A stretch of DNA of 56,568 nucleotides from IMG/VR virus record IMGVR_UViG_3300007511_001544, positions 62,001 through 118,568 of that record; one strand, given 5' to 3'. Position 1 is the stretch's first letter; each line of letters starts with the position of its first letter. The notes beneath the pieces were generated by a model that was given only the letters and a program-made list of their open reading frames with translations, was not told where the DNA came from and ran no database searches. This document shows positions 37,471-45,488 of the stretch, piece after piece. The stretch is from an uncultured virus (IMG/VR IMGVR_UViG_3300007511_001544) (Duplodnaviria; Heunggongvirae; Uroviricota; Caudoviricetes). The position numbers and the translations under genes were made by a program.

Positions 37471-37479
37471 ATAAATAGT
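37471..37479 (-). promoter_or_regulatory. Candidate late-promoter motif ACTATTTAT (one of about 9 copies)
   Basis: Recurs at operon starts: 10240, 13817, 15321, 16246 (+), 20084, 22476, 33108, 37471, 47036. Confidence 0.6.
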
Positions 37480-37488
37480 TTTGTTTTT

Positions 37489-37893
37489 TTATTGACCGCC
37501 ATCAAAGAGAGCTTTTATTGGATGCAAGGCAAGAACCTTGTTGCCCTTGGTATAATAGCCGATGCTTTCGACCACATATTGCCGCTCACTTAGGCGGGGA
37601 TAAAAATGAACCTTTACCTCGTAATGTGTCCTAGTCGATAGTTGGGTGTCGGGCAAGATCTGCAAAGTTTGCAGACCAGAAGCTCGGTCTCTAAGTGTGT
37701 CGTAAGTAAGGTTGAGGGCAGTAAAGTGAGCGAGCCCGCTCGCCGCCGAAATTTTTGCTTGGTTGATACGCCGTGTATTGCCGGCAATCATCATTTCCAT
37801 ATTGACGGTAGAAAATAATAACATTGCACTCATACCAATGAACACAGACATAACAAGAACTATAATAAGAGTAACGCCTCTACGGCTCGACAT
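37489..37893 (-). CDS. PilX-like type IV minor pilin
   Basis: RRG|VTLIIVLVM prepilin-like cleavage site without E5, then E...AGN.R....A...A.SGL typical of the PilX N-terminus. Confidence 0.75.
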   Translation of the reverse strand: MSSRRGVTLIIVLVMSVFIGMSAMLLFSTVNMEMMIAGNTRRINQAKISAASGLAHFTALNLTYDTLRDRASGLQTLQILPDTQLSTRTHYEVKVHFYPRLSERQYVVESIGYYTKGNKVLALHPIKALFDGGQ

Positions 37894-38227
37894 TCATCAT
37901 CCTGTCTCGTCTAGGCGGAGAAGATACTCCATTAACGAGTTGGAAGCTTTCCTTGAGTTTTAAGTTGTCCTCAACCCACCGAGCGGTGCGGGCTTTACAG
38001 ATGGTTGCCGGCACATGGCGAGCGAGACACTGCGCCTCCTTTGCCTTCACAACCTCACAATAGCATCGCACTCGATTTTTTAATTCCAATTCAGGTGATA
38101 GACTTACGCCTTGAGGTAGAACTTGATTTGTTCCAGGCACCCATTTAGGGCATTGGATTTGCTCAACTTTATAGGCTTGATTAAACATATTTGCAAATAC
38201 TAGTAAAATCAATGACTTATATAACAT
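37880..38227 (-). CDS. Exported Cys-containing hypothetical protein
   Basis: Hydrophobic N-terminus from ATG 38227; overlaps the PilX-like gene. Confidence 0.6.
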   Translation of the reverse strand: MLYKSLILLVFANMFNQAYKVEQIQCPKWVPGTNQVLPQGVSLSPELELKNRVRCYCEVVKAKEAQCLARHVPATICKARTARWVEDNLKLKESFQLVNGVSSPPRRDRMMNVEP

Positions 38228-38532
38228 TACTCTTCTTTCTCTTCGTGCCAAAGAATTGTGAACATCTCTTCATCGGTAAAAACCGTCTCATTGATGTTCC
38301 CGCCATCGATAGGGATAGTGCTATCTCGGTGGAAGTTTTTTATTTTTACTTGTTTTTTGTCAAAAAGGATTGTGTACTCTCGGCATTGGTCAGAATAATC
38401 ACCAATGCATTTATCAACATTTAATACAACACCCATCTTGCCGACAAGATCAGGATAGAATTCATTAACGTTACTTGATATTCTAACCAAGTGCCCCAAA
38501 GTTACGGGACCCTTATCTTCAATCAGGTTCAT
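38227..38532 (-). CDS. Small SH3-like hypothetical protein
   Basis: LGHLVRI...GKMGVV. Confidence 0.6.
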   Translation of the reverse strand: MNLIEDKGPVTLGHLVRISSNVNEFYPDLVGKMGVVLNVDKCIGDYSDQCREYTILFDKKQVKIKNFHRDSTIPIDGGNINETVFTDEEMFTILWHEEKEE

Positions 38533-38679
38533 CTAGCTTCTCTTTTCTCTTCTCATTTGCGGGCACCCCAAAGAACGCCGAAGCGACAATGGCAGCACAC
38601 CCAAATGATAACACGCACACAAGTAAAACGTTAACTAGAATTTCAGCAAATAACAACATAAGTCCTTCCAAATTTTTTT

Positions 38680-38925
38680 CTAGAAATTTTTATCACCATT
38701 AGCTTTGGAAACTAACAAGAACTGATCATAGCTCCAAAGGTGTTCCTCGCCAGTAGAGCAGACAACGCCATAAAAGAATCGGGGACTAGTTGGCAACTCG
38801 TTCGTGACCAGTACTAAGCCGGCAGTAGCAGGCAGATCACGGAAGACTTCCGAACCCTTCCTAACCCGAACAAGATCGCCAACCTTAAAGTCTCTGCTCA
38901 AAGTATATCCCTTCTTGGCTGGCAA
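38680..38925 (-). CDS. Small SH3-like hypothetical protein
   Basis: FKVGDLVRV...GLVL. Confidence 0.6.
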   Translation of the reverse strand: MPAKKGYTLSRDFKVGDLVRVRKGSEVFRDLPATAGLVLVTNELPTSPRFFYGVVCSTGEEHLWSYDQFLLVSKANGDKNF

Positions 38926-38960
38926 AGCACGCCCTTACGGCGAAAGAGTATGCCAATATA

Positions 38961-39185
38961 TTAATCATTCGAAACCTTCCGAACCTGATGGCTAAAAAAC
39001 CATAAGGGTTTATCGGGATTGCTGGGGAACTGCACTCGAAGCTGAGGAACACTGCCTTGCTCGGCTAGAACCTCAACAACGAGACCGATCTCCTGCTTGC
39101 GGTCACTTGCACGAGGATGCTGGAAAGATCCCCCATGCCTACGGCGCTGGACAATATCCCCAACCTTCACCGAACGGTTCCCCAT
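38961..39185 (-). CDS. Small SH3-like hypothetical protein
   Basis: VKVGDIV...GLVV. Confidence 0.6.
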   Translation of the reverse strand: MGNRSVKVGDIVQRRRHGGSFQHPRASDRKQEIGLVVEVLAEQGSVPQLRVQFPSNPDKPLWFFSHQVRKVSND

Positions 39186-39219
39186 GCGCCGCTTAAATGT
39201 TTTCCCGCAATTTCACTGC

Positions 39220-39414
39220 TCATGCCTTTATTAGTCCTTCTTGGATCATATCGTAAGCTGTGCGCCCATAGTGCCCTTGTAAGTTCCATGCAAGCCCGCT
39301 GTCAACTAGCTCTTGGAAGAGTTTAATGGTTTGCTTCTTGTCCAACTCTCCTTGCTCGTATTTCATGATGCTAGTATATAGCTCTGTGTTGTTAGTTGAG
39401 TTTGTGTTTGTCAT
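39220..39414 (-). CDS. Conserved small phage protein (FQ.LVDSG.AW.LQG.YGRTA family)
   Basis: Recognisable phage motif. Confidence 0.7.
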   Translation of the reverse strand: MTNTNSTNNTELYTSIMKYEQGELDKKQTIKLFQELVDSGLAWNLQGHYGRTAYDMIQEGLIKA

Positions 39415-39595
39415 TTTTATCTTCACTCCTTTTTATGACAAGTTTAGTAATGCAGGCATCTGGCACCCAATAAGCTTTCCCCATGAACAAAACTCTATGC
39501 CTGCCATGGTAGCCCATTTCTGCTAGCAGCCCAATGCCGGCAATCTCTCCTCCTACTCTTCCATAGGAAAACTCTACTAAGTCTCCAACTTTCAT
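39392..39595 (-). CDS. Small SH3-like hypothetical protein
   Basis: MKVGDLV; ATGA coupling. Confidence 0.6.
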   Translation of the reverse strand: MKVGDLVEFSYGRVGGEIAGIGLLAEMGYHGRHRVLFMGKAYWVPDACITKLVIKRSEDKNDKHKLN

Positions 39596-39816
39596 TTTTT
39601 TCTTTCTTCCCTTGGTATTAGGTTGAGTTCTGTTTCTTTTAAGATTTGATTGCCGCTGGCAGCTATGTTAACTTCATAATAAGAGCAGCCATGTTCTAGA
39701 ACGTCTGGATCTCCTGTTAGAGCTTTCCCGAGGTATTGGACAATGATGCCAACAGATCCTCTTAGAGATATAATAGATGCATTCTTTTTTACTTCTACCA
39801 AATCTCCAGCCTTCAC
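39592..39816 (-). CDS. Small SH3-like hypothetical protein
   Basis: GTG start, MKAGDLVEV...GIIV. Confidence 0.6.
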   Translation of the reverse strand: MKAGDLVEVKKNASIISLRGSVGIIVQYLGKALTGDPDVLEHGCSYYEVNIAASGNQILKETELNLIPREERKK

Positions 39817-39995
39817 TAGGCATTCCCCAAGGACTGCCACCAAACTGGGAGAGGATAGGTACCGTGTGTTACCGGATCCCAAAAGGTGTCCTCTTCTAGA
39901 AGAACATCATAAGCAGCCAGAATGAGTGGAGGTAATGATCCCCAACTTTGGTCTGTCTCATTGATACGATTGATGAGGATTTTATTATTTTCCAT
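39816..39995 (-). CDS. 59 aa hypothetical protein (MENNKILINR...)
   Basis: Manual translation; AGGA RBS; stop overlaps the next start. Confidence 0.55.
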   Translation of the reverse strand: MENNKILINRINETDQSWGSLPPLILAAYDVLLEEDTFWDPVTHGTYPLPVWWQSLGNA

Positions 39996-40121
39996 TTTCT
40001 ATCCTTCGTTTTTAATTCTGGAAAAATTTCGGTGTGTGTCACGAATGTACTTAGCGCAGGCAGACCGCACCCAGGGGGTAGGGACATAGATTAGGGGGCA
40101 GGCAAGGGCTGGCATACCACT

Positions 40122-40150
40122 AGTATACTATAGCTAGCATGTGCTGTCAA
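40122..40150 (-). promoter_or_regulatory. sigma70-like promoter
   Basis: TTGACA-N17-TATACT. Confidence 0.7.
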
Positions 40151-40226
40151 GTATTAAAAGCAGGGTGCTGGCTGTAGTTGTGACTCTCTCCTATTGTTTT
40201 AATACTTTTAATTGCTTCCCGCAAAA

Positions 40227-41447
40227 TCAATCGATCTGGATTACCTTCTCGTTGGTCTTGAAGTAGGGACGGCTGGCACCACGCTCATCCGTCATCCACA
40301 TCCGTTGAGCCTTGCAGGCTTTGGGCTTGGGAGCTTCCATGTCCGTCAGAATAATGACACCATCAAAGCTGTTAGCGTTGACGTAATCGGTGGGAGCGTT
40401 GAAGCAGGTTCCCCCGCAGAGCACACGCTCGGCTGGCTTGCTCTGACCTTTCTTCCAAACGTAGACCTTGCTCTCGTCAACATCCGTATCGAAGGGCACC
40501 ACCGTGAACTCTGCCAGCTTGGCTAGCTTGTTGAGTTCTCCGAAGAACTGTGACAGCATGTCATCGCTGACAGAGCCGGACTGGTCAATGGCGATGGCAA
40601 TCTTTGCCTGCCGCTGGGTCTTCTTGCCTGGGTGAATGTAGGCATACCGCTTGTTGATCCGCTTGACGCTGGACCTGCGGCTGGCACGCTGGGAGGTCTT
40701 GATGAAGTACCTCAGTACCTTCTTCCAGTCTACCTTGGTCTCCAGTCGTTTTAAGATTTCTTGTTTTACTTCCCCGCTCATTGAGCCCCAGCCTTTGGCA
40801 GACTGGCTAGCCTCTTGGGCAGCATCCTTCATGGCTTGCTTGAGGCGTTCCTTTGCCATCTGATTGGCTGCCTGCTGGGCAGGGCTGTCAGCGTTGTCAT
40901 CCCAACCGGAGTGATCATCAAAGCTGCCAGGGTTGCCAGCACTAGGCTGACCCTCGCCACCGGACTCACCGCTAGCATCGCCCTCACCGCTCTCAGAGCT
41001 ATCACCTTCGCCCTCACCCTCTTCACTCTTGGGCAGGTTGGCAAGGTACCACTCAGCGGTCTTGTGTAGTGGAAGATCTTCGAAGGGACCGACACCAGGC
41101 ATACATGCCATCTCGGGCAGTTCACCTTGGAGGTGGCTGTTGATAGCCAGGTCAGCAGCAATGTTCCAAGCCTTGTGAGGAACTCCCTCTGGCTTACGGC
41201 TGGTGACATGCTCGAAGATCAAGTGGTAGAACTCATGCTTGAGAACACCACGAACCTGCTCTTCAGGCAGGCTGGCAAAGAAGTCAGGGTTGTAGATCAT
41301 CTCAAACTGAGCAGAGTCGGGATCAACCCGAACACCAGCAGTTGGGATGCCATAGTCGGCACGCTTCTCAATCTTGCGGCTGAGTGCAGCAAAGAACGGC
41401 TCATCCATGAGCAGTCGGTAAGCGTGCAGTTTAAGGTCAAAGCTCAT
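40227..41447 (-). CDS. Metallopeptidase-vWA protein (DUF2201-like)
   Basis: PTAGV, HEFYH, NIAADLAIN, acidic Gly linker, DDH..W, IDQSGS, GGT, LTD. Confidence 0.88.
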   Translation of the reverse strand: MSFDLKLHAYRLLMDEPFFAALSRKIEKRADYGIPTAGVRVDPDSAQFEMIYNPDFFASLPEEQVRGVLKHEFYHLIFEHVTSRKPEGVPHKAWNIAADLAINSHLQGELPEMACMPGVGPFEDLPLHKTAEWYLANLPKSEEGEGEGDSSESGEGDASGESGGEGQPSAGNPGSFDDHSGWDDNADSPAQQAANQMAKERLKQAMKDAAQEASQSAKGWGSMSGEVKQEILKRLETKVDWKKVLRYFIKTSQRASRRSSVKRINKRYAYIHPGKKTQRQAKIAIAIDQSGSVSDDMLSQFFGELNKLAKLAEFTVVPFDTDVDESKVYVWKKGQSKPAERVLCGGTCFNAPTDYVNANSFDGVIILTDMEAPKPKACKAQRMWMTDERGASRPYFKTNEKVIQID

Positions 41448-41468
41448 GCTGTCCCTCTCTCCACTAGT

Positions 41469-41496
41469 ATAATAGCATTGATCCAGTGTTTGTCAA
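41469..41496 (-). promoter_or_regulatory. Early sigma70-like promoter
   Basis: TTGACA-N16-TATTAT with extended -10 TG. Confidence 0.8.
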
Positions 41497-41514
41497 CTTT
41501 TTATTGCTGCCCTC

Positions 41515-41543
41515 AAAACAGAAAGCCCAGCTTGCGCCGGGCT
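41515..41543 (-). terminator. Rho-independent terminator
   Basis: AGCCCGGC-GCAA-GCTGGGCT followed by TTCTGTTTT. Confidence 0.7.
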
Positions 41544-41565
41544 CCTGACCTGGGATGAGAGAGAG

Positions 41566-42606
41566 TTAGGCTCCCAGGATTTTGGAGAGGTGGGCACCGA
41601 CAGCACCTTCGTTGGCACCGTGGAACTTCACCACATTGTCTTGGACACCGGCTTGGGAGATCACTCCCCAAAGCTTCATGGCAGCCTCGCTGGGCAGCGT
41701 CACGAAGTAGTTGGCAAGGTTCTCAAGGTGACCCTCGCTGAGTTCAGCCTTGAGGATTTCTTCAGCCTCGACCTTTTCGATCAAGGCGCAGTGTTCATTC
41801 AGGGAGAAAGCAGCCAGGGCTTCCACCCGCTCACCTTCGAGCAGTTGCTCAACCGTGACAACCCGCTCGTAGTTCTTAGCGTAGTCGTTGAGAGCGACAG
41901 CAGCTTCGAAGCCGACGAAGCTCTGAGCCAGGTTAAACATTGCAGGGCTGGCTTCCAAAGCGTCTGCCTGCTTCAGCACCTTGTCAAGGCGATCCCAAGA
42001 CCGACGGCTGGGATACCGCTTGTTCGGCTCAATGTCACCGTTGTGCTCAAGGTGGGCACGGTTTTGGTTGATGAAGTCCCAAATGAGACCGTCAACATTG
42101 TTCTTAGCCCATGCGAGCCAATCTTCTACCGTGGGCTCAATGTCCCAAACAGACCAGCGGTCAAGTTCCGCAGGATCCATCTCATTCACTTGGTAGTTCT
42201 CGCCGTGTTCCCCGCCGTTGACGGCAGCGAAGATCAGCGTATCGTCGTGAAGGTTGTGACCGTTGAGCTTCCGGCTGTCCGTCAACTCAAAGATTCCTTG
42301 GCGAACTTCCAAGGTAGCACGGTCAACCTCATCGAGGAACAAGACCACCGGCTCTTCACAAGCCTGCTTAAACCAATCAGGAGGATTGAAGGCGGTGCGA
42401 TTGCCTTCGATGCTAGGCAGACCAACCAAGTCACCCTCGGTCATCTGGCTGGCACGACGCTCAACAACAGGCAAGCCGGCAGCGGCAGCCAACTGATAAA
42501 CAACTTGGCTCTTACCAATACCGTGGCGACCACGGAGAAGAACCGGCAATCGAGCAGCACTCACGCTGGGTGCTAGGCTCACAAAAGTCTTGAAGTCTAC
42601 AGACAT
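41566..42606 (-). CDS. MoxR-like AAA+ ATPase
   Basis: GRHGIGKS, DLVGLP, LFLDEVDR, AAVN, DPAELDR, SRRSW. Confidence 0.9.
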   Translation of the reverse strand: MSVDFKTFVSLAPSVSAARLPVLLRGRHGIGKSQVVYQLAAAAGLPVVERRASQMTEGDLVGLPSIEGNRTAFNPPDWFKQACEEPVVLFLDEVDRATLEVRQGIFELTDSRKLNGHNLHDDTLIFAAVNGGEHGENYQVNEMDPAELDRWSVWDIEPTVEDWLAWAKNNVDGLIWDFINQNRAHLEHNGDIEPNKRYPSRRSWDRLDKVLKQADALEASPAMFNLAQSFVGFEAAVALNDYAKNYERVVTVEQLLEGERVEALAAFSLNEHCALIEKVEAEEILKAELSEGHLENLANYFVTLPSEAAMKLWGVISQAGVQDNVVKFHGANEGAVGAHLSKILGA

Positions 42607-42630
42607 TTAGTGTCTCCCTCTCTCATAAGT

Positions 42631-42658
42631 ATATTAGCATGGATACACAGTCTGTCAA
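42631..42658 (-). promoter_or_regulatory. Early sigma70-like promoter
   Basis: TTGACA-N16-TAATAT with extended -10 TG. Confidence 0.8.
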
Positions 42659-42730
42659 CTTTTTATGTGCTTTTTTCTCACTTTTCTTTGCCCTTGACTG
42701 CTATCGATTATACATGTATTAGGCACATTC

Positions 42731-42770
42731 AGACAAACGCTGACAAAAGCAGACAATGGCTGGCAATAGC
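42731..42770. repeat. Four tandem imperfect 10 bp repeats
   Basis: agacaaacgc tgacaaaagc agacaatggc tggcaatagc. Confidence 0.6.
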
Positions 42771-42900
42771 ATAATCCCTTGATAACGCTTTATTTTCTGT
42801 ATCTAATGGCTGCGTTAGATTGTAAAAACAATCACTTATAAATAATACAACTTTTGCAGTCATTATCCAGCATTTGTTGAACAAAAGGCTGAACAGTTAT

Positions 42901-43047
42901 CTAAAAGAACAAGAAGTAGCCAACAGCGCAGCCAATAGTTACACCAGCAGCAACCATAACGAGCACCTCTAGCAATACCATGTTGCTACGCTTACCTATG
43001 TTGTTCTTTACTCTATCTACTACTCTTTTGAGACTGTCTTTACTCAT
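42901..43047 (-). CDS. 48 aa membrane micro-protein, prepilin-like
   Basis: Manual translation MSKDSLKRVVDRVKNNIGKRSNMVLLEVLVMVAAGVTIGCAVGYFLFF; GGAG RBS. Confidence 0.55.
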   Translation of the reverse strand: MSKDSLKRVVDRVKNNIGKRSNMVLLEVLVMVAAGVTIGCAVGYFLFF

Positions 43048-43168
43048 CCCTATTCTCCCTGTTGTGTTTCTCTATAGCTTCCATAACAAAGTTAACAAAG
43101 CTGTGTATTGCTCTGCCTGTAAGGAATCCTGCTGTTATTACTACTAGTCCTATTAGAAGTGATTGCAT
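43040..43168 (-). CDS. 42 aa membrane micro-protein (MQSLLIGLVV...)
   Basis: Manual translation; packs between its neighbours. Confidence 0.5.
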   Translation of the reverse strand: MQSLLIGLVVITAGFLTGRAIHSFVNFVMEAIEKHNRENRDE

Positions 43169-43169
43169 T

Positions 43170-43391
43170 TTATTTTTGTGTGCCTTTCTTGTTGTAGCGG
43201 GCGGCCTCTTGCTCTCCTTTGCGGAGGATTTCCGATACAGTTGGTCCGCTAGAAATCCGGGTTAATTTGTGTCCACATATTGGGCAGTGGTGCGGACCTT
43301 CTTCGAAAACGAACTCGAATACACACTTGTCTTTAAGACCGTTGTTGACTTCTTCGCCATGCTCGCAGCGATATAGGAACTCGAACTTCAC
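43170..43391 (-). CDS. Small zinc-ribbon protein
   Basis: YRCEH ... CPICG; GTG start. Confidence 0.6.
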   Translation of the reverse strand: MKFEFLYRCEHGEEVNNGLKDKCVFEFVFEEGPHHCPICGHKLTRISSGPTVSEILRKGEQEAARYNKKGTQK

Positions 43392-43395
43392 CGCT

Positions 43396-43788
43396 TTAGA
43401 ATTCCTCGCAAGTTGGTTGCAGCGGGTCGCAGTCAAGTGGTGATAGCCAACCATTCTCAGAGGGGTTTCTGATGATGTAATGGCGAACCTTGTGGTAACC
43501 CTCATTCAGGTCAGAAACTGACAGTAGTTGCTCTTCTGTCTGTACTCCGAAAACAAACTTGCAAACGTTGACACCACGCTGGGCTATCTCTTTAATCTTC
43601 TTATCATCTACTGTGTCCCCTCGATGCAGGAACAAGGCAACCTTGCAATAGCGGGTGAACTTCTCCATCTCTTTATTGTGAAGGCTCAGTCGCTGACAGC
43701 ATTCGTGGGATGTATAGTGTTTGACTGGGGCAATCTTACAGCCTCCGACTGCTGTGAGAAATAGGGAGGTCAGAATAATATATTTCAT
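43396..43788 (-). CDS. Cys-rich putative lipoprotein
   Basis: Signal ending VGGC; several Cys. Confidence 0.6.
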   Translation of the reverse strand: MKYIILTSLFLTAVGGCKIAPVKHYTSHECCQRLSLHNKEMEKFTRYCKVALFLHRGDTVDDKKIKEIAQRGVNVCKFVFGVQTEEQLLSVSDLNEGYHKVRHYIIRNPSENGWLSPLDCDPLQPTCEEF

Positions 43789-44087
43789 TGTTTCTTCCTT
43801 GGGATGCCTGCCATATCTAATAGCATATCAAGTTCCCATTCGTTTAGCTTATCCAGTTGTGATTTGTATTTATCTTTTTTACAGGGTGCCGGCGATTTCT
43901 CACGCTTGAACTCTAGTTTCGGAACCCACCCCATATAATACATCACCGAACGAAGAACACGAGGATCTTGCCTCTTCAACATTTGTACGATTTGGTGTGC
44001 TTTTGCTCTGACCCGGCGTGGGGTCATTTTGCGTTCTACACTGTAGTTTGGTGCTGCAATCAGCCCCGCTAAAAGCATACTAATCAC
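43785..44087 (-). CDS. Hypothetical protein
   Basis: GAGG RBS, ATGA coupling. Confidence 0.6.
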   Translation of the reverse strand: MISMLLAGLIAAPNYSVERKMTPRRVRAKAHQIVQMLKRQDPRVLRSVMYYMGWVPKLEFKREKSPAPCKKDKYKSQLDKLNEWELDMLLDMAGIPRKKQ

Positions 44088-44207
44088 GTTTGATCCTCAC
44101 CTTAGAGAGCACGAGGATGCCCTTGTTTTGGAACCACTGCCCAAGGAGCATCCCCCTGCTTTGAAACAGCCTAGCAAAGAAAAATAATACTCTTGCAGCC
44201 AGAAGTT

Positions 44208-44537
44208 TCAATCTTCTTGATCCACGCCTGATAAGCGAAAGGTAATCTCGGTATCACCGTAGTCTTCGATCATGTTTTCTGCGTCGTCGAAAGGGCCAAC
44301 AATCGACATAACGTCTTCGCTGGAATTGTCCAGGCTCCCCTTTACACGAGTCTCGTACATCTTATCGTACAGCGTCTCTAGAGCATCCTGAGTGCCTCTG
44401 CGATCTCCCATGAAATCAGCTTCAGCAACAGCTTGCATCTCCAGTTCTAACTCTGGAAACTCTTTACTGTCTAAAACAAATTCAGGAAACTTCCTTGCTA
44501 CTTCTACCACCTCTATTCCATACAGCTTTAATTTCAT
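44208..44537 (-). CDS. Acidic hypothetical protein
   Basis: ATGA coupling. Confidence 0.65.
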   Translation of the reverse strand: MKLKLYGIEVVEVARKFPEFVLDSKEFPELELEMQAVAEADFMGDRRGTQDALETLYDKMYETRVKGSLDNSSEDVMSIVGPFDDAENMIEDYGDTEITFRLSGVDQED

Positions 44538-45046
44538 TTTTCATCCCCTTTGAGGTAAAATTGCTGGCAAACCGTTACGAATTTACCGATTGAGTCCCAA
44601 ATTTTAATATCTAGGTCATCTAGCTCGTAGTCATGCTCTTCGTCGTCGTAATATTTGCCGACTTCTTCTGACTCCATCTCAAAAATGGTCTTATTTTGGA
44701 GGATTTCGCCGTCCATGACTGCGACGCCAGTCACACAGGTTTCATCCTTCTGGATTGTTGCCATGGTGATGAGCTTGTTCTCAAAATAATGAATACCGAT
44801 GCTAGCATTCCTCAGCCACTCGGTAGGCGCAGCCCACTTGGTTTCCAGAGTGAGGTGCATCGATTCATCGTGAATATTATATTCGTATTCTTCTAATTCT
44901 ATCCAGCCAATGCCTCCCCAATCATCATTGTTTGGTACAAGCTGCTGGAGAAGATCGCCTTCCGTTGGTTCGAAGTCGAATTGAAAATCTTCAGCTTCTT
45001 CGGGACTGACCTTGTAGATTTTAACAAAGCTTCTCGTAGAGTCCAT
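44534..45046 (-). CDS. Acidic hypothetical protein (ETKW..P motif)
   Basis: Coupled ORF. Confidence 0.65.
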   Translation of the reverse strand: MDSTRSFVKIYKVSPEEAEDFQFDFEPTEGDLLQQLVPNNDDWGGIGWIELEEYEYNIHDESMHLTLETKWAAPTEWLRNASIGIHYFENKLITMATIQKDETCVTGVAVMDGEILQNKTIFEMESEEVGKYYDDEEHDYELDDLDIKIWDSIGKFVTVCQQFYLKGDEK

Positions 45047-45486
45047 CAGCTTTCTCCGATCTCTAGTAATTCGATTTTAAAGTTCAGGTCTTTGCCAGCC
45101 ATCGGGTGATTGAGATCAATTGTGACGTCTGTGTTTCTAACTTCGGTGATGGTGCCAATGAAATACGTCCCGTCGGGACCAGACAAGGGAACCTTATCGC
45201 CAGTGGTGAACTCAAAATCCTCCGGAAAGGTACTCTTGTCGAGATCGGTGAATGCATCCGGATCAGGCTCACCATAGGCTTCACCCGGAGCCAAAGTAAT
45301 ATTTTTAACTTCTCCGACGGTCATTCCAAATACAGCGTCATCAAACCCTTGAATCATCTGCCCTCCTCCAACAGTAAATGCGATGGGTTCGCCTCTGTCG
45401 TAGGAGCTATCAAACTGTGAGCCGTCGTTGAGGGTTCCCTCGTAGTGAACCTTTACGGTATCACCCTGTGTTGCTGTGGTGCTCAT
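45046..45486 (-). CDS. FKBP-type peptidyl-prolyl isomerase (SlyD/SlpA-like)
   Basis: VHYEGTL.DG.QFDSS, GFD, AYG, DLNHPMAGKDLNF. Confidence 0.93.
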   Translation of the reverse strand: MSTTATQGDTVKVHYEGTLNDGSQFDSSYDRGEPIAFTVGGGQMIQGFDDAVFGMTVGEVKNITLAPGEAYGEPDPDAFTDLDKSTFPEDFEFTTGDKVPLSGPDGTYFIGTITEVRNTDVTIDLNHPMAGKDLNFKIELLEIGES

Positions 45487-45488
45487 TA

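Noticed and set aside
39896..40087. 63 aa ORF in the track
   Set aside because: It has no RBS; the alternative frame 39816-39995 has an RBS and stop/start coupling.
41590..42576. Long plus-strand ORFs (328 aa here; also 21201-22007, 27974-28672, 53600-54181, 50829-51332)
   Set aside because: They are antisense shadows of well-supported minus-strand genes with biased codon usage, and have no RBS or recognisable motifs.
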